This document shows positions 24,098 to 35,206 of a DNA stretch of 48,403 nt, in pieces. The stretch is from Nemertoderma westbladi (taxonomy: Eukaryota > Animalia > Xenacoelomorpha). The number at the start of each line of letters is the position of its first letter. Position 1 is the first letter of the stretch. A program made the translations under genes and the position numbers. Location: assembly GCA_032718475.1 (NCBI GenBank), contig JAUCBJ010001446.1, positions 1 through 48,403 on the forward strand, written 5' to 3'. The notes beneath the pieces are model-generated. The model saw only the letters and a program-made list of their open reading frames with translations. It was not told where the DNA came from and did not search any database.

Positions 24098-25017
24098 GCG
24101 TCCAAAGGTTCATAAATAGGGTGAGAAAAACTGGTACAGCGATACTTGGGAATCGGAAAGGCAGAGGTCGCAAACCATTTGTTTGTGGAGATGCATTCAA
24201 ACTAGTAGATGGCGCCATAGAAACTTCCAATTGGGAAATTACAGCTTGTGCCTTGAGGCAACTTTTGAAAGACAAGTTAGATGTCACGTATTCCCTGGCT
24301 ACCATTAAAAGAATTAGAATCAAGTTAGGATGGGTGGCAGCGAATGCCAAATACTGCCAAATGGTCAGAGACGTTAACAAAAAGAAACGGCTCATCTTCG
24401 CTCAAAACTTATTGAACAAATGGAAAATTGTAGAAAACATAGTCTTCACAGATGAGTGTTGTGTCCAACTGGACAACTGTCGAAAGAGGTTTTACGTAAA
24501 GAGGGGTGATGCCTTTATGAGGTTACGTTCAAAGGCCAAATATCCTGTAAAGGTTCATATTTATGGTGGAATAAGTTGGAGAGGAAGGACACATCTGATT
24601 ATTTTAGACGGAAAGACCCGAATTGACAGTAATATTTATTGTCAAATGCTTGACCAGGTAATTGTGCCATTCACATCGAAAATGTATTCTGATGGGTACA
24701 TATTACAAGCAGATTCCGCATCGTGTCACACCAGCCAGTTATCCACGAAGTTCATTTCTCTGAGGGGGATAAGTTACAGTTCAGACTTTTGGCCACCAGA
24801 GTCACCCGATCTAAACCCCATTGAGTCGGTTTGGCACGAGTTGAAAGAGTATCTACGAAACGTGGTACAACCTCATGGCAAGGACGAACTCAAACTAGGT
24901 ATCATTACTTTTTGGAACTCTAGGTTATCAGTCGATAAGTGTAGGAAATATATTAATCATATTCGCAAAGTTATCCCTCAGGTGTTTGAAAATAATGGAG
25001 GGCCTACTTTGTACTAA
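24098..25017 (+). pseudogene. Tc1-like DDE transposase, N-terminally truncated, DD36E triad
   Basis: VFTDE (D1), LQADSASCH (D2), WPPESPDLNPIE (E); the frame is open right up to the MITE junction and has no ATG start there. Confidence 0.88.
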
Positions 25018-25413
25018 GTATAATTAATACACCAATAACATATTATCTTTCATATATTATCTATCTATTATGTAATATAATATCTATTATATATTGTCTA
25101 TTATTTATCATATATTGTTTTACATAAATTATCTATATATCAATGTTGGATTCCATTGCATTATAACTGGGGCCCGAAGCAGGCTTGGGGGGGGGGGGGG
25201 GGGGGGGGGGGTAGGGGTGGATCCAGAAATGTTGTTATTCTTCAGTACGGTTCTTCTATGTTGGGGGATGGGAGGGGGCATGGAATAGGAGACATACCAC
25301 AACCAGCTAAAATCAGTTTAACGTTTTCACCAGTTTACCTAGAATAGAACATGAATAACTAACTAGTAAGTCACAATAATTATTCAGTTATTAATTCTCA
25401 ATTGAACACTTGG

Positions 25414-25619
25414 TGGGCTAAGAATTCCCGCGTGCTAAGAATTCCACCGGACTAGGAATACTCGTGGGCTAAGAATGCCTGCGGGCTAAGAATTCCCGCG
25501 GGCTAATAAAACTTATTTTCGGGCTAAGGATGCCCTGCCCACTGTCTAAGAAAGCTTGCGGGTAAACGATTCCCATATTGCGGGCTAAGAATTCCCGCGG
25601 GCTAAGTCATCACCCAACC
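25414..25619. repeat. GGGCTAAGAATTCCCGC tandem array ending GTCATCACCCAACC (probable MITE end)
   Basis: About 9 degenerate 17-19-bp units. Confidence 0.7.
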
Positions 25620-25861
25620 GAACATACAGTTGACTGTAAATGCTTCACTCGCATCTCTGTAACCACAACCCAAATGCTGTGATTCACAGTATGCGATTTC
25701 ACCGTGCTGTCACCGCAAGTGTATCTGAGAACATCAATGAAAACGTTACTGAAAAACATCGAAAGGAGCAGGTTAAAGGGGTGGTGTTTTTTAACCAAAA
25801 CAATAAACGGTGTGTATGGGTTAGTTGGATGTCTAATTTCTTGGGAAGACTTTAGTAAAGT

Positions 25862-26101
25862 TTCGGCACCTATGTCGGCACCTGTGTCGGCACCTGTGTC
25901 TGCACCTATGTCGGTACCTGTGTCGGCACCTGTGTCGGCACCTCTGTCGGCACCTGTGTCGGCACCTATGTCGGCACCTGTGTCGGCACCTGTATCTGCA
26001 CCTGTGTCGGCACCTATGTCGGCACCTATGTCGGAACCTATGTCGGCACCTGTGTCGGCACCTCTGTCGGCACCTGTGTCGGCACCTCTGTCGGCACCTG
26101 T
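25862..26101. repeat. 12-bp minisatellite (TGTCGGCACCT[G/A/C]), ~20 copies
   Basis: Direct tandem periodicity. Confidence 0.95.
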
Positions 26102-26702
26102 ATATCCAGTGCCATAAAGCAATGTTGGCTGAAATTGAGCTTCGGCCATTTTATACCCAAGAATGCTCATAAAGCGCCGTTTTGTGTTTTCAGTCAGAAT
26201 TGTTTAAGAAATAAAAATAGATTCTGAGAAAAATGGTTTTAACGAAAAATACAGATAATACAGTAGGATCTTTCATGTTTCGACAATAACTTTTAGCAAT
26301 TTTATTCATATCTTTTTTACTTTGGGAGCCTGTCTGATGAAATGGCCTTAAACAATTGAAAAATGCTTGTAGATTTTAAATCTCCATTAAATTCGGCACA
26401 GGATATGATTATAAAAAATTTTAACATTATCAAAATACGGGGTCCGCTTAAAGAAACCCCCTTAAAGAAAATTTTAGCTCGGTGGTGTGTGCTTGCTTCA
26501 AATTACTACTCCTCCGCCATTTTTTAACAAATTTTCTAAATTTCTTTTGTTTGATTTCTTACGGGAATTGGGTAAAAATTATCGGTCAAAATCCCTCTTG
26601 GCCGCCGTACGACGTTGTCGTACGGCTGTCGTACGGCCGAGAATAAATGGGCCTTGACTCCTGTATCTCACCACTACACCCATAATGTCATTGCAACTAC
26701 GT

Positions 26703-27262
26703 TGTGACGGGATCCACGAAGGATCCCGATTTATCCGGTTTATCAAACTACGCGTCCCCGCCGTGTGTGAAAGGTGAAAAGAGTTTGAGTTGTTCGTCGT
26801 ATATAATCCTTGGGTATAATAGTATAGATGAATGATGATAATATAGAATTGGTAATATAGTAAACGGAAGGCGGGAAACGGTGATTAAAGTCCCGGTACT
26901 TCCCTAGCTAAACTAACCTAACTAACACCAAATGATACACTGACTAAATGATACACTGACTAAATGATAGCTGTACTGATAATATATTGCACGGTTGGCC
27001 AAGTTGCGCTACTCAGCCGGTGCCTTCCCCCCATTGGCTAATAACCCTGGTGTCGCCCTTTTACCTCCCCTGAAGTGTTTCCCCTTGCCCCTGCTATTCT
27101 CCCTCTTTCAGGGGTATAACCCCTAACCCCTATTGTGTGTGTTTCTCCTTCCCACTTTGTTGGGGTGACACGAGGTTGATATTGGTAATCAACCGCGTGC
27201 TCCCAATATTGCTTAACGGTTCACTCTATGGGGTTAGTGTGGCGGAATTGGATAAGCTAACA
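26703..27262 (-). repeat. 3' LTR of element A (560 bp)
   Basis: Direct repeat of 35207-35766 with 6 substitutions counted by eye. Confidence 0.95.
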
Positions 27263-27271
27263 CTCCCCCCC
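27263..27271 (-). other. Polypurine tract of element A (GGGGGGGAG)
   Basis: Purine run immediately preceding the 3' LTR on the minus strand. Confidence 0.8.
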
Positions 27272-27950
27272 ATGCTATCTTCCCGGTGAGAAGATAGCAT
27301 CCACCTCTAGTGCGCTACAATTCCGTTGGATCCCGATCTAGTATCGGGTGTGGGGTGGGATTATTTTCTCTCGGAGCCGGCTTTCCAGGCCGCTCCCTAT
27401 GGGTATGATAATGCTACCCCGTTTGTCTGGCGTCCCGTGTCGGGCCGATCGTGCGCTCCTCCCACACGACTTTTGTTTCCCCAACACCTTCGCCCTAACT
27501 CTCCTCCACTCTCACCCTAACTCTCGCATACTCCCGGACCTCCTCGTCCCACACTCCTCCTCTCACTTCTCCCCCCCCCCACACTTGAATTGCGCCCACG
27601 CTCTCTTCGCACTCCACACTATCACCCTTTTCTCGACCCCTCCTCTCACTCACTCACTCCTCCTGACGAATCTCACCCCCCTTCCTGTGCCGTCGCACTC
27701 AAGAAGTGTGAAATCGTCTATTGTCTCGTCCATAGTGCCATAGTCAGTTGGCCCCCAATCCCAGTAGCTAATTGAGAAAGGTTGTATGACTATAGTACTT
27801 ACTTCGAATATGTATATTTCATTACTAGATTACTGATTGCTACGTACGTACATACAAATTGCACTTATTTGATTATTTACATTATTTGAATTTGTATTTA
27901 AGAGTTCGCAAGTTTCGCGTGGTGCCTTCCAGGCATGTTACACCGAAGTC

Positions 27951-30453
27951 TTAGTTCGTTCCACCAGCCTTTGGGAACCACCTCAAGTCTTTCCCTTTGA
28001 CGTCCTCCTCCCTGGGTCGTTTCCTGGTCACTGCCGCTCCTCTGGGATCTGCTTTCTGTCTTCGGACTCTCGCCGCCACCTCCTTACTGATCCCGGTCGT
28101 TGACTCCTTGGGTGCCGGTGTTATCAGCTCCCAATATCGCATCGCGGGTGGCCCCTCCGAGTGGCCCTGTTGTCTCCCCCTGGTGGCGTCCCATAAGATC
28201 ATCTTCATTGCCCGCGGCACATGCTCCGCCAAGAAATCCCTAAACTCTCCTCTGGTCTGTGGCGTCCACCTATCCAAATACCTCTGCGTATTTATCACTC
28301 TGGCATATGATGCCGCCGTCGCCACTTCCTGGTAGGTAAACGGAAGTTTCCGTTTGATAATCTCCATGTGAGCCTCCTGATTGATGTTAAAGAAGCCCCA
28401 CCGGAACTCCTGGGCCTTCGTTGCCGAGTCATCGCCCCGACGTCGGCCCACTCCTCGAAGATCCAGTCGCACTGGCGTCCGTAATGTCCCCGAAAGTTAC
28501 ATTTCGAACATCGGTTATGCAACCGTGGACACGCTCCCATCCTGTGGCTCGACTAGCGGCAATAGAGACAGCTAGTCCCTTTCTGGAACCGGTACAAACA
28601 GCTCCTTTCCTGGTGGGTCTGTCTCCCACAGTAGTCGCAGCTGAGTACCAATGTCTCCCGCCCCACGTCGTCTTTCGTCCCAAGCGATCTCCGCGGTCTG
28701 TGGAGTCGCTGGTAAGCAAACTTCCGAACGTTAGTGTCCCTGTCTACGTCGATCTCCTCGCCCCTCTCGGGCATCGTCTCCCCGAATACTACCCATGGTG
28801 CCGTCCCCGGTTGCTCGCCCAACCTGATAGTGCTCCCCGCGAAATCCATCGCCGGCTCCTCGTGCACCTAGGCCCGCTTGCCGGGTCTATCCCAGAAGGC
28901 CCTCGCCCCACTGGCCGTCACCACTGGCCGGCACAGCATTCTTGAAAATGCAGCTGCAATGCAGCATGCCGATCCTAGTAGTAGGCCTATCCTCCCGATG
29001 GGCGGCATCTCTCCGAACTCGTCGTCGTCTTCGTCCTCCTCTGGCAGTGGCTCCAACCCCGGCATCCCGGTGTACCCACTATGTCCCTTCCCGCCTTGGC
29101 TCTCGCCCGTAGCTCTCCATCCCTCTAGCTCCCCTAGCTTCCTTAGCGGCTGATCGCCCTCGGCGCCCGCTGGTATGGGCATCGCTTGCAATCCCGACAT
29201 CGACTGTTTCGGTGATCCCACTGTCGACCCCAGTTCTCGCCCTAGAGACTCCCCCGAACTTCCTGACGAAGTCCAACGAAGTTCATCTAAGCCCGCCTGT
29301 TCCTCGAAGCCGTAGCTCTGCGCCCTAGCTTCCCCCTCCCTTTCCTCTCCCATCTAGCGACTTCTTCCAGTCGCTTCGCCTCTCGTCTATCCATCTCTAG
29401 CTGCTCCCATCTCTGATATGGCGTATCTATCTCCCCGTCTACTAGATGTCGGCTGTTGTAGTACACCGACTCGCCCTTCAGCCCCGGGTGGTCTACCAGA
29501 CCCGCGAAAGCCGTCTTAAAGGCTCTTCTGTAGTTTAGGGGTGATCCCGATAATAGGAATGCCGCTGGTTCCCTCACGATAACCACGGTCATGAATAGGT
29601 TAAGCAAACCTATCATTATCCAGTCCTCCTGCAGGATATATCGCTTCTGATATACCTTTATCGCTCCTCTTCAGAATTGATACACCTCTTGTTTTCCCGG
29701 CCTCGCTCCCCACTTCAGCGAGTTCGCTAATTCTACTCCGTGCTCTTCTCTGAACTTCCCCCAGTCCATTGGTTTGTGACATACGAGCCCCAATAGCTGG
29801 CCCATCGCCACCGCTCCGCAATGGCCTGTTTTCTCGACTAATCCCAACCCGCCTGGTGCTGTCATAGCCATATAGACCGTCTGCATGTCCAGGAGGTTGG
29901 GGGTGTCCGGACCGATGATTCTCTCCGTGTCATCGCGAATCGCCGATCCCACTTTCGTTGTCGACTTCTCTCTCACTAGGATTTGCACCGCCCTCGGCAG
30001 CCGGTTTAACTTCGGCCCCTCCTTCTTCCCATACGTTCCCAGGTCAAATAGGAAAATATCCCCATTTGGCGCGGCCAAATGTAGGAGTATGGTTCTGGCC
30101 GATCCCGCCGACCCTCTCCTCGAACCCTCCTCGTCTTCCACGGTCCCTTCGTCGTGTAGGATCATGTATCCTCCCCTGTTGACGGACTCTATGAACCTCT
30201 TCCAATCTTTCCTCGGCGACTCTCTCACGTACTTCGGAATCCCAAACTTTGCCTCGTCCCCTTTCACCACGTAGTGGAAATGCTGGAAGATCGCGTTGTC
30301 CAGCGACGGCGTCCCGTAGGTTCCGACCAGCCGCTGTTCGTGCACCACCCTGAAGTGGTCCTGCAGCGCTCGCGCTGCGTGACCCTTTTCCAACGTCGCG
30401 TGGCCTACACGATTTATCCAGCTGTACTCACATGCCCCCCTCTCGCTACTCAC
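27951..30453 (-). pseudogene. Accessory ORF of element A: DEDDy 3'-5' exonuclease-like domain, acidic linker and triple CCHC zinc knuckle; disrupted
   Basis: ORF fragments 29671-30453, 29287-29616 (same frame across one TGA), 28868-29353, 28553-28867, 28295-28540 and 27951-28472. Motifs ILHDEG, LLHLA..GDIFLFDL, LP..V..LV.....KVGSAI.DD, LLDMQ, QKRYILQED; knuckles CDYC..H..C, CLYC..H..CP, CSKC..GH..C. Confidence 0.65.
28927..28983 (+). mobile_element. 57-bp copy of the RTE LINE 3' end inserted in element A
   Basis: 56/57 identical to 20598-20654, including the TAGTAGTA tail. Confidence 0.9.
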
Positions 30454-30454
30454 T

Positions 30455-30827
30455 ACTGACTAATATCTATACTATATATACCCATTTACCTCTATCTCTT
30501 ACTAACTAGCACTACGTACTTTCTTACTAACTTCTAACTCTCTCTAACTAACTAACGGTACTACGTACCCTCTAACTCTTACTCTCTCTAACCAACGGTA
30601 CTACATACCCTCTTACTACTCTAACTCCACTAACTAACGGTACTGCGTACCCTCTTGCTAACCTCTAACTCTTCTAACTCCACTAACTCTCTCTACTAAC
30701 TAACGGTACTACGTACCCTCTTACTAACCTCTAACTCCACTAACTCCACTAATTCTCTCTACTAACTAACAGTACTACGTACCCTCTTACTAACCTCTAA
30801 CTCCACTAACTCCACTAACTCTCTCTA
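30455..30827. repeat. Degenerate tandem repeat (CTAACT/CTCT/GTACTACGTACCCTC units) between gag and the accessory ORF
   Basis: Recurrent ACTAACGGTACTACGTACCCTCT units about 40-70 bp apart. Confidence 0.85.
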
Positions 30828-33800
30828 CTAACAGCAGATCTCGTTTCTCGCCGCGTATTCTACCTGATCTTCCCTGGGTAGCGCTTGCCAGTACCTGCAG
30901 TTCATGGTTTGATGAAGCGCATTTGTATGTAGCTGGCATTTGCTCTTTGGGTCGTAGCCGTCCATGTACAGTGCATTGCGTATCGCAGTTGCATTTGCAC
31001 CAAAGTCCCTACTATTCTTATTGTTTGGGTTCGGCCTACTGGGCGTACTGGAGTTATATTTATTTGTGTTGTTATCTTTCCCCTGTCCGCTCCATGATGA
31101 GGTCTTACCCCCGGCTACCTGTGGACTTACAGTCCCCTGCGTCGCTGCGTATGGCAATGATTGCCTGAGCTTTGGTAATGCATTTGACGTGTTGTGTTCT
31201 GGTTTCGGCCTATGGTAATCGGTTCTTGGTCCCTTTCCCAGGCTGTCCTCACTATAGACTGGGTCGGTTATTAATTCGGTTTCGTAATTTAAGAAGCTCG
31301 ACATTTCTTCTAAACCCGGTTCCGCACCCTTCCTATCTCGAGTGGAGAAAGCGATTTTCCTCCACTTGTTACGCAGCCATATCGGTAGTGCCTGCGCTAT
31401 CGTGGTGATGTTGTTGGACGCATTGAGTTTGTATGGCGCGTCTAGCGTCTTTAGCACGATTAGCGCCTTCTCGACTTTATTAGCGAATGTCTTTATGCTA
31501 ACAGGGTTATCCTGTAGGCCACCCGATGTTATGCCCCTCAGGGTTTGCCGGATGATCTTGGCCGGGTGCCCGTATTCCCTGTCCAGTGCCCGCCATGCCG
31601 TCGTGAAGCCGCCCTCTATGCCCTGGTATTGCCTCACGATGTCGTATGCTGGGCCTCCTGTGTATACTTGCAGATATTTTAGGCACTCCGCCTGCGTCAA
31701 GTTCTTTGTTAGTATTTCGTTACTATACATGCGCCGAAACTGTAGATATTCTTCCGGCCTGCTCCCATCGAATTTGAATGGTTCCTCGGGTGGTAGCTCG
31801 ATCCTAGTTTTTAGCGCATCGATTAACGTGGCCATTCCCATCGCCTGCGCTTCCAATGGGTTCGATGGATGTTGCATAGTTTCTCCTGTTGGGTGCGGTC
31901 CGTCCGTCCTATTTTCTGCCCTCCTCTGGCTTGGGTATATCATTGGGGGTAGCGGCCCCCTCCATATTTCTGTGTCGCATGATCTATTTTTATCCAAGGG
32001 GTTCGTTGTTCTTACTCCTGTTGGGGTATATTGTTGATATTGTGATGGGGGAATGTCACCCTGCCCCCCCCCCCCCCCCCCCCACCGGTATGTTTGGTAC
32101 TGGGGTTGATGTTAATATATTGGGGCCCATGCATCTATCCGCAATAATTCCCCCCTCCCCTGGGTATATGTTATGTCCTTGCATGCTGTAGTCATACTGC
32201 TGTACTGGTACCGGTATAGGCCTATCAGCTTCTGGCCTACCTACCGGTATGTATCCGCGACCTCCGGGTTTAATCCCGTCGCCCGCGCTATCCTATCGCC
32301 TACATTATTTCTGCCAGCATGGCCTATAGTATGTGCAGTAAGGCCTACAGTATGTCCTACAGTCTGTATGTGTTGCTCGGGATCGAAGTTTATTCTTCTC
32401 GAGTAATCCTCCCCGCGGCTACCGTATTCTCGATCGGTAGGTAGATCCCGTCGGAAAGTTTCTCTTCGACCCCCTCTACTGCTCTCGTCCTCGTACCGGT
32501 ACATCGCGTACCCCTCTCTCGACGCGTAGTGCGCCTCGTCAGGTCGCGTTTCTCCGGGGTGACGGCAATCTCCCGAAGTTCGACCCCACCGACTCTCCCT
32601 TTCCATCTCGACTACCGACGGCTCGCTATCCGTCCTCGCTCTCCTATCATTCGCGGCAGTACTTCTCCCACTATCTTCTCTTCTCCTCTTTTCAGTGCAG
32701 TGTTCCCTTTCGTGAGGTCTCTCTTCGACCTCCTGGTTAAACTCCACTGTTCTTCTTCCCTCTTCTGATCGGGCTCGACGCTTCGTCCGCCCTCTCGCGA
32801 CGTCAACCTGCCCCTCTCTGCTCGATCGCATGCCGCTGGGGATACTCGCAATCCCCCTATTACTCTCCGTCGCCGGGTGTTGCGGTTTACCCAATTCGGC
32901 CCGCGCATTATCCGCCGACGCCTGTGGGACACTCTCTGCCCCCCCCCCCCCTCTCGCTGCTAACTTGTTGCTGTGGGGTTCCCGTAGTCCCCCCCCCCCA
33001 CTCGCCACTAACTTCCCGTTGTGGGGCTCCTGCAGCCCCCTCCCCCCACTCGCCACATATCACACCGCTACCTCTTACTCCACTTCTACACCGCTCTCCA
33101 GTCGACACAAAGTTTCTACTGCGGCTAGGTCTATTCACCCCCGCCTCTCTCTCTACTACTACCTGGCCTCTTTCGGGTTGGCTCAACCCCGCCACCTCCT
33201 GCCTACTAACTACGTGGCCTGCCAGGCCGCCGTCGGGTTGACTCAACCCCGCCACCTCCTGCCTACTAACTACGTGGCCTACCAGGCCGCCACCTGTCGT
33301 GTTATACACGTCCGACGCATCCACATTAATAGCACCACCGGTATTGCCATCAGTCAGATCAATTAAGTCTTCTAACTTAATTAAATTATTTTGTGCACCC
33401 AAATTAGAAATGGAATTATTTTGTTCGTTTGAAATAAGATTATTTGAATTATTTTGTAAATTCGAATTTGGGTCATTATTTAAATTATTTGGATTATTTT
33501 GCGTAACTACGTTATTTGAATTATTTCCTACATCAACATTAGAATCGTTCGGATTTAAATTTAAATTACTACCACTAGGTAAAATATTTCCTGCAATAAA
33601 AGTTTGGTTAGAATTATCCAATACGGTACTATTAATATTAACGTCGCCTACTCTAGTATTATTATTACCCCCCCCCCCCCCCTGCCCGTACGGTCACACC
33701 TGACTCGGGTTTGTCGTGCGGTCCCTGTAAGTGGGGTATTAATAAATGTTTCCACGACCCCTGGTTCCTCATAAACACTCGAGCCAGCCTCACTCTCCGA

Positions 33801-35138
33801 CAATCCCATCCGCGCCAACTCCAGTTTGCGCTTCTGTCTAGTTTGGTACTGTATAAGCCCGCTTAAACGCATATGTAAATCATCCCGCACACGCTGCCCC
33901 TGTTCCATTTTCTCCTTATTTTCCCGCGCGCTCTGCTCGGCCAGTTCCCTCTCTCTTACAACTCTCTCCATTCGTCTCGCCTCCCTCGCTACCTCATGCT
34001 CTTTACGTTCCGCCTCGCGCTCTTTACGTTCCGCCTCGCGCTCTTTACGTTCCGCCTCGCGCCTTTCACGTTCACTCTCCTCTCTCGCCTCACGCTCTTT
34101 ACGTTCACTCTCCTCTCTCGCCTCATGCTCTTTACGTTCACTCTCCTCTCTCGCCTCACGCTCTTCTTGTTCCTTCCTCCCTATTTCCTCACACTCCCTA
34201 AAGCTTCTCGCGGCCTTCTCGGCCCTCTCTCCGGTCTCTCTAACCAGTTTCATTTCCTTCTCTAATAGCGCTCTCCACTCCTCTAACTGTCTCTCTACTT
34301 CTCTCTGGCCTTGCGCTATCAGATCGAGATGGTACACCGCATTTATTTCCCTCACCCGTCTTTCTTTTGCGGAGGATGTAGCAGACTTATCGGTTGTGAC
34401 GGATTCCCTCCGCCTTCTCATTCTACTAACTTTCCCCCTCCTCCCGGAACTTCCTCCGACCGACGAGACCGAATCCTCAGGGTTAACCTCGGATTCGCCC
34501 TCCTCAGGTCTCCTCCAACCCACTAATTTTGCTCCCCGGGCATCGACTAAGTATGGCCCTATGTACACTACACTAGGCTGCATACCCCTACACTCCCATA
34601 GATCATACAGTTCGCTGGCAACCCCTCTCGCTCTGTCCTCGGCTAGTTCTCTCTGCCCAAAGCGCAGTAAATAGTTAAAGTGTTCGTTCGACTCACCTAG
34701 TCTTTTCTTTAACTTTACCTCGTCTACTTTCGCCCCTCCTTTGGCCTCTTTAAGTAGTTTCCGGGTCGCGTTGTAGGCCCGTCGAAGTCGATCGCTGACC
34801 CCGACGTCCTCGTCGCCGACCTCTCCTCCATCTCTCCGGGTCCGGCGTCGTACCGTCGGCCCCACCGTCGCCGTTCCGGTGGGCCGCCCGTCGCCCTCGG
34901 CCTGTGGCTGGCCGGCGACGTTAGTACGTCGACCCTCACTCCGTGCCGACTCGTCTTTCTCCTCTCCCGTCTCGCTTTCTCCTCATAGACGGTCCCCCAC
35001 ATCTTGGTTCGCCGGGTCGTTCGTCGTCGGTGTGGTGTTGACCGGCGTCGTGGGCCTATATCGTCTCGTCGCGGCCTCGCGGATCGTTAGGTCTCCGTCC
35101 GGGGTCCGCGGCGGTGTCGTCTCCCTCCCTTGGCTCAT
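30828..35138 (-). pseudogene. Long BEL/Pao gag (~1400 codons), disrupted and C-terminally truncated
   Basis: ATG at 35138, TGA at ~34983, frameshifts (two at poly-G runs). Contains a coiled-coil region, an Asn-rich segment and a DUF1759-like core (PFKFDGS.PEEY..F...LKYL..YTGG.A...L..EYG.P). The first knuckle is CQLH...HQTMNC; the frame stops at ICC, where the next knuckle should begin. Confidence 0.8.
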
Positions 35139-35206
35139 CTTTGTACTTTAGATTGGTGGCTGGTAGTCACTGTTTAACTAGGGGCGGCAGCTTGGGTTTT
35201 AATCAC

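Noticed and set aside
25414-26101. CRISPR-like appearance of short repeat arrays (also 1-369, 38878-39605)
   Set aside because: Head-to-tail tandem repeats without unique spacers, no cas genes, eukaryotic context.
25610-26170. ORFs with GADT/SAPV repeats
   Set aside because: Open only because of the 12-bp minisatellite; no recognisable domain.
30455-30827. Telomeric repeat array
   Set aside because: Units are irregular CTAACT/CTAACC variants within larger repeats, not a clean (TTAGG)n or (TTAGGG)n tract.
32063-33682. Programmed ribosomal frameshifting at poly-G runs in gag
   Set aside because: Long G/C homopolymers occur throughout the window and are prone to sequencing error or slippage; no canonical slippery heptamer with a downstream structure was identified.
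27326-34674. Numerous plus-strand ORFs inside element A
   Set aside because: Antisense shadows of GC-rich, repetitive gag and cargo sequence.
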